This document shows, piece after piece, positions 15,557 through 28,230 of a stretch of 64,000 nt of DNA. Positions within the stretch are counted from its first letter, which is position 1. Each line of letters opens with the position of its first letter. A program made the position numbers and the translations under genes. The notes under the pieces were generated by a model, which was given only the letters and a program-made list of their open reading frames with translations, did no database searches and was not told where the DNA came from. This DNA is from the human T2T-CHM13v2.0 reference genome, Homo sapiens. The stretch lies in assembly GCF_009914755.1 (NCBI RefSeq), contig NC_060927.1; one strand, 5' to 3'.

Positions 15557-15945
15557 TGTGATGGTTAATACTGAGTATCAACTTTATTGGATTGAAGGAT
15601 ACGAAGTATCGATCTTGAGTGTGTCTATGAGGGTGTTTCCAAAGGAGATTAACAATTGAGTCAGTGGGCTGGGGAAGGCAGACCCACCGTTAATCTGGTG
15701 GGCACAATCTAATCAGCTGCCAGCACGGCTAGAATATAAGCAGGCAGAAAAATGTGAAAAAGAGAGACCGGCCTAGACTCCCAGCCTACATCTTTCTCCT
15801 GTGGTGGATGCTTCCTGTCCTTGAACATCGAACACCAAGTTCTTCAGTTTTGGAACTCAGACTGGCTCTCCTTGCTCCTCAGCCTGCAGATGGCCTATTA
15901 TGGGACCTCTTGATTGTGTGAGTGAATATATATATATTCCATTAG

Positions 15946-15998
<53 letters not shown>

Positions 15999-16036
15999 TC
16001 CTTTAGTTCTGTCTCTAGATAACCCTGATTAATACA
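15557..16036 (+). mobile_element. HERV-L 5' LTR (MLT2A2-like) with internal (TA)n
   Basis: TGTGATGGTTAATACTGAG start, CCCTGATTAATACA end, followed by GATTTTGGTACCAGGAGT (HERV-L leader/PBS region). Confidence 0.92.
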
Positions 16037-16175
16037 GATCAGATTTTGGTACCAGGAGTGATTGTAAAGGAACAGAATATTAAGGATGGGGTTCTTTAGT
16101 CAGTTTTGGGGTTTCTGGAGCTGGCTGCTTAATACGATTAGACCCCAAAATTCTAAGGACTCTACCTCTAATAGT

Positions 16176-17824
16176 ATGGAGAACACCACTGGTAGTCCTT
16201 GGCATTAACCATTTAGAGAATTATGCAAAATAAATGCATTTGACATTCCCGATTCATCGCTAGTGAGAGGCAAAGAGTTTAGTGACTCTATACATAATAA
16301 CTTTGACCATATAGAGAGAACCAAGGAACATAATGAAGCTGGTTGGTTGCTCCTAAGTTCAGTGAGCAAAGTGATGAAAGAAAATGATGAACTCAGGGAT
16401 TCTATGTCCTGGCTTCAGTAGCAGATACTGAGCCTCAAATCTGCAAAGATTGCCCTGAGTGAAAGTCTTATCTTCCGTAGAGAAAGAGCTGCAATTGTAG
16501 AAAAACAGACACAAGCTCTTATCATATAAGTGGCTGACCAGCAAAAAAAGGTGCATGTACAGCTTTACCAGGTGTCTACTGTTGAAGTGAGAGCATTGAT
16601 TGGAAAAGAATGGGACCCTGCAACTTGGAATGGGAATGTGTGGGAGGACCCTGATGACGCTAGGGACACTGAGTTTGTAAACTCTGATGAACCCTTTTGG
16701 CCAGAAGAAACAGCTTCCCCATCCCCAGTAGTGGCAACATTCCCTCCCCAAACCACGCTGCCATGAACCTTTCTACCTTTGTCTGAGGAGATAAACCCCG
16801 TGCTGCCTGAGGCAAGAGCGATGGCCTCCCCTGAGGCAGTTGCCAGGCAAGATAATGTTGATTCTCCTCAAGAGCCACCCCCAACACCCCTGTTTGCTTT
16901 TAGATCTGTAACTAGACTAAAGTCCTGGTGGGCCCCTAGAGGTGAGGTTGAGAGTGTGACCCATGAGGAGGTGTGCTACACTTGAAAATACCTGCTTGAG
17001 TTTTCTAATTTATATAAACAGAAATCTGGAGAACAGGCATGGGAATGGATATTAACAGTGTGGGATAATGGTGGAAGGAACATAGAGTTGGATCAGGCTG
17101 AATTTATTGATTTGGGCCCACTAAGTAGGGACTCTGCATTTAATATTGCAGCTTGGGGAGTTAAAAAATGTTCTAATCATCTATTTGCTTGGTTAGCTGA
17201 AATATGAAATTAGCTGTGAGTGAACTGGAAATGCCTGATCTCCCTTGGTTTAATGTAGATGAAGGGATCCAAAGGCTTAGGGAGATTGGGATGGTGGAGT
17301 GGATTAGTTGCTTTAGACCTACTCATCCCAGCTGGGAGGGTCCAGAAGATATACTCTTGACCAATGCCTTGTGAAATAGATTTGTGAGGGCAGCACCTGC
17401 ATCTTTGAAGAGCCTTGTAATTGCTCTTCTCTGTATGTCAGATCCAACAGTGGGAACCACAGTCACTCAACTACAAAATTTAAATACAATGGGGATAATT
17501 GTATACTGAGGTGGCAGAGGCCAAGTGGTGGCACTCAACTGTCAAAGGCAAGGTGGGTATAGCTACCATAATGGACAGCAGAGGCAAAGCAGCAATCAGA
17601 ATAGTCTGACTCCTGTAGAGCTCTGGCATTGGCTAATTAATCACAGTGTTCCTACAAGTGAAATTGATAGGAAGCCTACTGCATTCCTACTTAATTTATA
17701 CAAGCAGAAAACTTCTAGGTCAAATGGACAAAAGACTAATTTGAATTATGAAAACAGAGACTCATGGCCCCTCAGTCAATTCCCAGACTTGAGCCAGTTT
17801 ACAGACCCAGAACCCCTTGAATGA
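16176..17824 (+). pseudogene. HERV-L gag, disrupted
   Basis: Fragments such as KEWDPATWNGNVWEDPD and LWHWLINHSVP are typical ERV-L Gag; multiple stops; start approximate. Confidence 0.85.
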
Positions 17825-17842
17825 AGGGGAGGCCAGGTCCCC

Positions 17843-20660
17843 TTGAGGAAGGACCCCACTACATTACCAACAATTTATACAGTGAATATTTCTCCCATAC
17901 TTCCCCATGGAGACCTCTGGCCTTTTTCCAGGGTAACTGTGCATTGGGGAAAGGGAAATGATCAGACATTTAGGGGACTGCTGGACACTGGCTCTTGGAT
18001 TCCAAAGGACCCAAAACATCACTGTGGTCCTCCAGTTAAAGTAGGGTTTATGGAGGTCAGGTAATTAATGATGTTTTAGCTCAGGTCCAACTTACAGTGG
18101 GTCCAGTGTGTCCAGTGGGTCCAATGGTTCCCCGGACTCTTCCTGTGGTCATTTCCCCAGTGCCAGAATGCAGAGTTGGCATAGACATACTTAGCAGCTG
18201 GCAGAACCCCCACATTGACTCCCTGACTGATAGGGTGAGGGTTATTATGGTGGGAAAGACCAAATGGAAGCCATCAGAGCTGGCTCTACCTCAAAAGATA
18301 GTAAATGAGTAACAATATTGTACCCTGGAGGGATTGCAGGGATTAGTGCCACCATCAAGGACTTGAAAGATGCAGGGGTGGTGATTCCCACCACATCCCT
18401 GTTCAACTATCCCATTTGGCCTCTGCAGAAGACAGCTAGATCTTGGAGAATGACAGTGGATTATCATAAGCTTAACCAAGTGATGACTCCAATTGGAACT
18501 GCTGTACTAGATGTGGCTTCATTGCTTGAGTGAATTAACACAACTCATGGTACCTGGTATGGAGCCATTGACTTGGAAAATGCCTTTTTCTCCATTCCTG
18601 TCCATAAGGCCCACCAGAAGCAGTCTGCCTTCAGCTGGTAAGTCCAGCAATATACATTCACTGTCCTACCTTAGGGGTATCTCTACTCTCCTCCTTTGTG
18701 TCATAATCCTATTCGGAGAGAACTTGATCGCTTTTCACTTCTGCAAGATATCACACTGGTCTATTACATTGATGACATTATGCTGATTGGATCCAGTGAG
18801 CAAGAAGTAGCAAACACACTGGACTTATTGGTGAGACATTTGTGTGCCAGAGGATGGGAAGTAAATCCAACTAAAATTCAGGGACCTTCTACCTCAGCAA
18901 AATTTCCAGGGGACTAGTGGTATGGGGGCTGTTGAGATATCCCTTCTAAGGTTAAGGATAAGTTGCTGCATTTGGTCCCTCCTACAGCCAAGAAAGAGGC
19001 ACAATACCTAGTGGGCCTATTTGGATTTTGGAGGTAACACATTCCTCATTTGTGTTTGTTACTCTTGCCCGTTTATCGAGTGACCCGAAAGACTGCCAGT
19101 TTTGAGTGGGGTTCAGAATAGAAGAAGGCTCTGCAACAGGTTCAGGCTGCTGTGTAAGCTGCTCTGCCACTTGGGACACATGACACAGCAGAAACAATGG
19201 TGCCTGAGGTGTCAGTGGCAGACAGGATGCTCTTTGGGGCCTTTCGCAGGCCCCCGTAGGTATATCATAGTGGAGGCCTCTAGGATTTTGGAGCAAGGCC
19301 CTGCCATCTTCTGCAGATAACTACTCTCCTTTTGAGAGACAGCTCTTGGCCTATTACTGGGCTTTTGTGGAAACTGAACGTTTGACTATGAATCATCAAG
19401 TCACCATGCAACCTGAACTGCTTATCATGATCTGGGTGCTTTCTGATCTATCTAACCATAAAGTGGGCCATGCACAGCAGCATTCCATCATCAAATGGAA
19501 GTGGTAGATATATAATTGGGTTTGAGCAGGTCCTGAAGGCACAAGTAAGTTACATGGGGAAGGGGTTCAAATGCCCATGGTCTCCACTCCTGCCTCCCTG
19601 CCTTCTCTTTCCCAGCCTGCACCAATGACCTCATGGTGAGTTCTCCGTGATCAGTTGACAGAGGAAGAGAAGACCAGAGCCTGGTTCACAGGTGGTTCTG
19701 CACTACATGCAGGCATCACCCGAAAGTGGACAGCTGTAGCACTACAGCCCCTTTCTAGGATATCCCTGTAGCACAGTGGTGAAGGGAAATCTTCCCAGTG
19801 GGCAGAACTTTGAGCAGTTCACCTGGTTGTGCATTTTGCATGGAAGGTGAAATGGCCAGATGTGCTATTATATATTGATTCATGGGCTGTAGCCAATGGT
19901 TTGGCTGGATGGTCAAGGACTTGGAAGAAGAATGATTAGAAAATTGGTGACAAAGAAATTTGGGGAGGAGGTATGTGGATGGACCTTTCTGAGTGGTCAA
20001 AAACTGGGAAGATATTTGTATCCCATTTGAGTGCTCACCAACAGGTGATGTCAGCAGAGGAGAATTTTAATAATCAGGTGGATAGGATTCTGTGGACACC
20101 ACTAGCCTCTTTCCCCAGCCACCCCTGTCACCGCCCAATGGGCCCATGAACAAAGAGGCCATGGTGGCAGGGATGGAGGTTACACATGGGTTCAGCAACA
20201 TGGGCTTCCACTCACCAAGGCTGACCTGATTACGGCCACTGCTGAGTGCCCAATTTGCCAGCAGCACAGACCAACCCTGAGCCATCGATATGGCACCATT
20301 ACTTGCGGTGATCAACCAGGTACCTGGTGGCAGATTGATTATATTGGACCTCTTCCATCATTGAAAGGGCAGAGGTTTGTCCTCACTGGAATAGACACTT
20401 ACTCCAGATATGGGTTGGTGTATCCTACACGCAGTGCTTCTGCCAAGACTACCATCCATGTGCTCATGGAATGCCTTATCCACCATCATGGTATTCCATA
20501 CAGCATTGCCTCTGACCAAGGCACTCACTTTACAGCTAAAGGAGTGTGGCAGTGGGCTCATGGAATTCACTGGCCTTACCATCATCCTGAAGCAGGTGGA
20601 TTGATAGATCAATGAAATGGCCTTTTGAAGTAACAATTACAGTGCCAACGAGGTGACAAT
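17843..20660 (+). pseudogene. HERV-L pro-pol (protease, RT, RNase H, integrase), disrupted
   Basis: LLDTGS aspartic protease motif; [11 protein letters not shown] and YIDD RT motifs; integrase HHCC (CPIC), GIDTYS and SDQGTHFT; many stops and frameshifts. Confidence 0.93.
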
Positions 20661-20663
20661 ACT

Positions 20664-21122
20664 TTGCAAGGCTGCGGCAAAGTTCTCCAGAAGGCTGTGT
20701 ATGCTATGAATCAGCGCCCAATGTATAGCACTGTTTCTCCCATAGCCAGAATTCATGGGTCCAGGAATCAAGGGGTGGAAGTGGAAATGGCACCACTCAC
20801 CATCACCCCTAGTGATCCACTAGCAAAATTTTTCCTTCCTGTTTCCGCGACATTATATTCTGCCGGCCTAGAGGTCTTAGTTCCAGAGGGAGGAATGCTG
20901 CCACCAGGAGACAAAACAACATTTGTATTAAACTGGAAATTAAGATTGCCACCTGAACACTTTGAGCCCTCCCTACCTTTAAGTCAACAGGCTAAGAAGG
21001 GAGCTATAGTGTTGGCTGGGGTGATTGACCCAGGCTATCAAGATGAAATCAGTCTACTACTCCACAATGGAGGTAAGGAAGAGTATGAATGGAATACAGG
21101 CGATCCACTGGGCATCTCTTAG
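20664..21122 (+). pseudogene. HERV-L integrase tail plus dUTPase domain
   Basis: SAGLEVL, WKLRLPP and AGVIDPGYQDEI match dUTPase motifs; dUTPase after integrase with no env is the ERV-L layout. Confidence 0.85.
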
Positions 21123-21671
21123 TATTACCATGTCCTCTGATTAAGGCCAATGGGAAACTATAACAGCCCAATCCAGGCAGGACTACAAATGACCCAGACC
21201 CTTCAGGAATGAAGGTTTGGGTCACTCCACCAGGAAAAAAAAACACGACCTACTGAGATGCTTGCTGAAGGCCAAGGGAATACAGAATGTGTATTAGAAG
21301 AAGGTGATCATTAATACCAGCTACCACTACGTGACCATCTCTAGAAACGAGGACAGTAATTGTCATGAGTATTTCCTCCTCCTTTTGCTAAAAACATGTT
21401 TGGGCAAGTATACACTTGCACTAAGAAAATATCTTCATTTTATTTCCTTTCTCCCCTATCATGTGACATAAGATTTATTGACTTTATATAAGCATTTAAG
21501 TATTGTTAACTTTATGTAACAGTATTTGAGTAGGGTATTGGTGCATTTGCCGTTGTATGAAGGATAGTTGTATTATGTTAGGGGTAATTATGACCTCATT
21601 ATTGTCTTTATTTGAAGATTATGTACAATCTTAGGAGACGTGTCTGGGTTCAAGTTAACAAAGGGTGGACT

Positions 21672-22056
21672 TGAAATGGTTAATACTGAGTGTCAACTTG
21701 ATTAGATTAAAGGATGCAAAGCATTGATCCTGGGTGTGTCTGTGATGGTGTTGCCAAAGGAGATTCACATTTGAGTCAGTGGGCTGGGAAAGGCAAACCC
21801 ACCCTTAATCTGGAGGGCACAATCTAATCAGCTGCCAGTGCATCTAGAATATAAGCAGGCAGAAAAGTGTGAAAAAGAGAAACTGGCCTAGCCTCCCAGC
21901 CTACATCTTTCTCCCGTGTGGGGTGGTTCCTGCCCTCAAACATTGGGCTCCAAGTTCTTCAGTTTTGGAACTCGAACTGGCTCTCCTTCCTCCTCAGCCT
22001 GCAGACGGCCTATTGTGAAACCTTGTGATCATGTGAGTTAATACTTAACAAGCTCC

Positions 22057-22106
<50 letters not shown>
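21672..22106 (+). mobile_element. HERV-L 3' LTR (MLT2A2-like), U5 end missing after (TG)n
   Basis: PPT AAGGGTGGACT, then TGAAATGGTTAATACTGAGTGTCAAC; homologous to the 5' LTR. Confidence 0.92.
22059..22103. repeat. (TG)n microsatellite, ~22 units
   Basis: Directly visible. Confidence 0.98.
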
Positions 22107-23979
22107 GGATCTTTTGTAATAACAGCTTAGCTATGCGGACACATATATTATACGCTGCAGTTATAAGAAAGGAGTTTTTTCTCCTCCTCTTCCTTCTCTT
22201 TTTCCTGCTGCTCCTCTTCATCCTTTTCTTGAATGATATTAATTCAGAATTTTCACTATTCCCTACTAGCCTTACTACTCAGATAATCTAAATTAATGAG
22301 GTTTTCTCTGCTTAAGCAAAAACAAATTACATTCCCTTTGTAGCTTGAATAAGAATAGCTGAATTTGAATTTAAAAGGTATCTAAGGATTTTGTATGTTT
22401 CCTAAACAAAGCTAATGAGATGTAGTTGTTCTTTTGTAACAGTGGGAAGCAAAAAACATGGGATGCATATCTTACTTTGGTTAGTGAAACCTGCAGGCAG
22501 ATTTTATCTGTTTGTTGGGATTAGTATAAAAGACTGGATAATAGTATTTAATATTTATTTCTTTCATTGTCAGATGAACTTTTTCTTTAATCATATCTAG
22601 TTTGAGATGAGAAACTGCTGACTATGGAGTGTTATACCTATACACATTGTTCAAAATTGAAAATTATACAAGAAATAAAACTACCACAAATGCTATGATT
22701 CACTGTAGAAAAGGATAGTTATAATGATACTTTTCTTAACTTTCTGTGGGGGCGGTTGGCTATGAGATATGTGTTAACTTGCTAAGTTCAGATCTCTCCT
22801 GCCCCCCGAAAGTTGACATCTCCCAACAAATTTAATGTGCGAGAAGGATCCTGCCCTAGCAATGTCTAACATCACCGTAGCTTTCCACTTTTTCTCATAC
22901 CCAGTCTCTACTAGTGTTTCTGAGTAGTAAGGAGCATGAGCAAACTTTCTCTGCTATTGAAAATCTAGCTCAAGGGTGACAAAAACACCACCCTTGGTTC
23001 TCACATCACCACTTCCTGAAACCACTTTCATGGCTGGCATTACTAATCAGTGGCTACAGTATCTCTCTGAGCCTGAACATGGCTTCACAAGTCATAAAGA
23101 TGTGTTCTTGGCAGCCACAGCTGATTGATCACAGTTGTTTCTGAATGTGAAACCTATTTTCCAGCTCCAATCTACTTGGTGAAAAAAGCATGCGTTTAGG
23201 AGGATATATCTGGTTCACAAATTTTCTTACCCAATAAGATGCTACTAAAGTGCATTATTTGGCCCAATTTCAGGACCACAAGTAGGTAGCTTCTCTGTCA
23301 CCTCCAAAAACAAACAAAGGAAAAAATGTGTGCCATGTTAAAACGTAATCTATCCTTGGGAGCATTCCTACATTAAACCTACAAAAAAAAGAGAACATAG
23401 TTATTTCTCAATCTGGATCCAGAACACTTCAATACCAGTTATTCCTATGCCTTTCTTTTTTGTGTACCCAGTATTTAACCAATAAATATTTGAATGGATG
23501 AGTAAATGAATGCTCATGTGTAACAGTTCAAGTAATATTTTTGAATATGTTCTGAATAGAATTTCAGAATTTGGAGAGAAATTAGAAGCACCTCTTCCAA
23601 TGATTTACAAGACAGGGTGCAGAGTTTTAAAAAAGTATAGTAAATAGTATAACTTTTTTACTTCAAAAAGCAAAAGTAGCTATTTAATAATGTAGAAAGG
23701 AAAGATCTTTTTATTGGGGAAGTGTGGAGGTACCACTTCTTGAGTGTGAAGACACATACGCAGAGGAGGGGAATAGAGGTGTAAGATTCTGCTGTTTCCA
23801 AAAGTGGGATATGTGTTACAAAATGTTAAGAAGTGCTCATCACTTGACAGATAAACAAATGGACCTGAGAGATTAACAGACATCTCTAAGATCACACAGC
23901 TGCTCTGTGGCAGAGCATACGCTAGTACCTTGTTTCCTGACTTTGTGTTCAGTGAGGCCAGCAAGAGAGATGGCAACAG

Positions 23980-24400
23980 AGTGTTTTAGAGTATAGTGTA
24001 CTTGCGATTTTGAGGTATGATAAGACCAACAGATGAGGAGACAATTGCCATTGAAAAGATAGATTCAGGTGGGTGCCACTCCATGCCATAGGGGCCACAT
24101 GGGGAAGCACCAGGGTAGGTCACAAGACAGAGTAGGGAATTACAGGCAAGAGCCTCTATTGTGGTTTTTATGGGAGGGAATGGGAAAAGCAAACAAGCAG
24201 ACCTGGAATTGGCCAGTTTGAATCATTTCCGTGGGCTCTGGGGTATAGAGGTTGTCCCTAATTTTCTAATACTGTCCTTGGAATGGTTGGGGCAGGTGGA
24301 TAGTGGCCAGGAATGTAAGAGCCCAACAAGATAGGCGGCTAGAAGTGTAAAGTCTGGATTGGCTGGTTTACATTGAAAAGTAAACTCATGGGAGGAGGAC
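23980..24400. mobile_element. Probable ERVL-class LTR (MER76/MER68/MER77 group)
   Basis: CAATTGCCATTGAAAAGATAG...CCATGCCATAGGGGCCACATGGGGAAGCACCAGGGT resembles remembered consensus. Confidence 0.45.
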
Positions 24401-24589
24401 TCCTCCCAAAGGGTGGGGAGGGGTGATGGGGGAGGCGGGGAGCCAAGGCAAGGTGACTCAAACATACTACCAGGTTGCCCAGGACAAGGCATGTCCAACA
24501 TATGCCTATAAGACAAATGTGAAAACATCAAGTTACAGAAGCTAGATGTGCATTTACTACACTGGGATTCATGGTTCAGCGAAGACAAG

Positions 24590-24815
24590 CTATTAGTTGG
24601 CTCAAGAAGGTAGGGAGGGAGAAGGGATGTGGGGAGGGGGATTGAGGAGTACCTGTTTAATGGGTCCAAGTTTCTTTGAAGGTGATGAAAATGTTCTGGA
24701 ATTAGACAGTGGCTATGGTTTCACATTGCTGTGAATATACTAAAACCCACTGAATTGTACATTTTAAGATGATAAACATTATGTTTTGTGAAATTTTTCT
24801 AATTAAAAAATTGGA
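24590..24815 (+). mobile_element. Old L1M 3'UTR fragment
   Basis: GGTGATGAAAATGTTCTGGAATTAGACAGTGG...CCACTGAATTGTACA. Confidence 0.75.
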
Positions 24816-26899
24816 GAAAAGAAAGCAGAGAGAAACAAGATACATTGCTTTAGGCTGGAGAATAGCTGTTTTAAGGTAGGGAGAAGATTGCTCCACAAAC
24901 TTCTACCTGGAATGGGATGCTGCAGAGTAGAGCCAAAGTAGGAAGCTGGGTTGGAAACAAATGTTAGAGATGAAGAGGGCAAGTTGGAAGGGATATCAGA
25001 CTTTGGGCGGGGGCTGCTGGGGTTAAGTTTGTTCCTGAGCTCTGGGTGTGAATGTTGGGGATACAGCAAAATTTAAGTTAGGAAGGAGAGGGGAAAGAAA
25101 TATTCAACTTTACCACAATTGTAATGAGACCAGAAACAGAATAGTGTTTTCATTCAAGTTTCCCCAAGGACAACTCTTGACTAATAGATTGCTTCTTCAT
25201 TTGTCAAAAACCAAGTAAATGTTGTCTGAAGATGAAATATTGTTACGATAAGACAATGATATTCTATTTCATAAACACTGGTTACGTTTGTGTTTGTTGG
25301 TTTTTCTTTTTTTTTTTTGCCATGAGATTGTACTAGAATTTCAATAAGGATGTTGGTTGCGTTTAATGATTAGGCCTTTGCATTTAACTGAAAATGCTAG
25401 ACTAACCTAGTTTAGTTATTTCGTTGAGTTGTGTTCAATAATGGTGTGCTATGAGCCACCAGTTAAAATATAAATCAGCTAGTAATATTGACGTCTTTTT
25501 CTATTCTGGCAACACACTCGCTTGCCTGCCCATGCACAAGCACTCATGTACGCATGAGTGCATGCACATGAGCAAAAACAAAACTAAAAGCATTTATCAA
25601 AGTCAGCTAAACAATCGGTTTCCAAATACCATTCCACAAAATAGCGCTTGTGCAAAGCATGACATTCATCTACAAGTATTTATGGTTAAGTGAGAAAAAT
25701 CAGGACAACTGTTTGAGCCTTCCATAAACCTAAAAGTGCTTAGTTTAAAGAAGTGCCCTTTATTCTGCATGAATATACTTTATCATTTTTATTATTAAAA
25801 TTACCTTTCTTTTATAATTTTAAAGATTGAGATCCCAACATTGTTTATTCAGATTTTGATGAAAGATTCTTGGCTTATGAAATCCTCAACCTGGTTAATG
25901 CAACATCTTAAAAATACATGTAATTCTACATAGAGCCTATGAGTTATCCTACAGAGAAGAAACCCTTGTGAGAACTTTGGATAGTTAACAAGAGTTGTTT
26001 GCCTGCCTTTGTTGTTTAAGACACCAAGCACAGATAGAACACAAGGTTTTGAATTAGAAGGATAGATCACTTATCATGTAACCTTAGACAAATAATTTCA
26101 GGTTTTTGAATCTCAGTTTCCTTATCTAGAAAATGGAAGTAAAAATGCCCATCTCAGAGGGTTGGAGTGAAAATTAATGAGAAAAAATATAGAAAACACT
26201 ATTTCCACACTTGGCAACACTTGATGACTGTTGCTATTTTCTCTTCAGTTGTGTTTGTACCATAACGTTTTCCTTCAAACAATAGTTGTCTTATCTCTGT
26301 CAAAAATAACTCTGTTACTAGCCATCGTATCTTGGTTAGAGGTTGTAAAGTCCAAACGGCATTTGATCACAGTGTTTAAAAAGGTATAAGAAGCCAAACT
26401 TCATTTTTCAGTGATAAAAAGATGAAGCTTTAAAATAGAGTTTCATAAGGGGAAAGGCTAATAGTTGTTTTTCTTTTATCAAATATGTTAATGGAACATT
26501 CATAAGTCTGTGGATTTTTCTGCAGGGTCCACACAAGTTCTGAATCACAGTAGGTTCTATAATGTTGTGGTGAAGAACACGGATGCTGGAGACAGACTGA
26601 GTTTTAATTCTATGCTCTCCATTCACACCTTATAACCTTGAGCAAGGTATTTAACTTCTCTTTTCCTCATCTATAAAAAGGCACTAAATAATATCCCTTG
26701 TTGCAGACAGTTGCAAGGATAAACGCATTAATACATGTCAAAGGACCTGTGCCTGTTTCAGGCTAACATTCAATAAATGTTACCTCTTCTTGTGCCACAG
26801 AGGCTGATTTTGGACTGTCTTTCTAATCCAGCTATGGGTAGCTCCAACCTACAAATTTTCCAGTATTTTTCTTATTTGCTTCCTGACAGTTTCACGTAT

Positions 26900-27430
26900 C
26901 CATTCATATATAAGAAAGCAGCCGAAAACAGCAGCATAAAACAAAAGGCATTTTGTTACGTCCACAGATTTTGTGGGTCAGGAAGTGAACAGGGCTCAGG
27001 GGGAATTGCTTGTCTCATCTCTATTCCATGGTGTCTGGGGACTCAGCTGAGAAGACTCCAACAGAGAGTGGTAACTCAACGACTCGGAGCTAGAATCTTT
27101 TGGAGGCTCCTTCAACTCACAAGTCTGATGCCTTGATTGGAATGACTCAAAGACCTGGCTCAGCTGGGACTGTTGACCACAGCGCCTACATGTAGCCTTT
27201 CCATGTGGCTTGGGTTTCTTTCTCCATGGTGGCTGGTTCCTCAGTGGGAGCAACCCCAGAGCGAGTGTTCCAAAAAGCCAGACAGAAGCTGCAAGGCCCT
27301 TGATGACCTGGCCTCGGAAGTCAGGGAGCAGTCTACCATACTTTGCTGCTCCAAGCAATCATGAGCCCTTTCTGATTCAAGGGGAGGGGAGGTAAACTCC
27401 ACTCTGGATAGGAGAAGTGTCAAAGATTTC
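26900..27430 (-). mobile_element. MaLR LTR (MLT1G/H-like)
   Basis: TTTGTGGGTCAGGAA...CCATGTGGCTTGGG...GAAGCTGCAAGGCC...CCTCGGAAGTCA...GATTCAAGGGGAGGGGA. Confidence 0.65.
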
Positions 27431-27449
27431 AGATTTTTTTCCCTTCTTT

Positions 27450-27771
<322 letters not shown>

Positions 27772-27911
27772 TTTTTCCCTTCTTTTTAAAAACTTTCTTC
27801 CTATATAGCTATCTCCATTTTATCTATAGCACTTATTCTCCAAGTTTTCGTGATTACTGGTCCCTAATCTTCCTCAAGCTCTGTATAACTTTGATAAACT
27901 CTCAACCCTAA

Positions 27912-28230
<319 letters not shown>

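Noticed and set aside
20664-21122. 152-aa HERV-L dUTPase ORF as a domesticated gene
   Set aside because: TTG start, upstream pol is riddled with stops, and the frame ends early.
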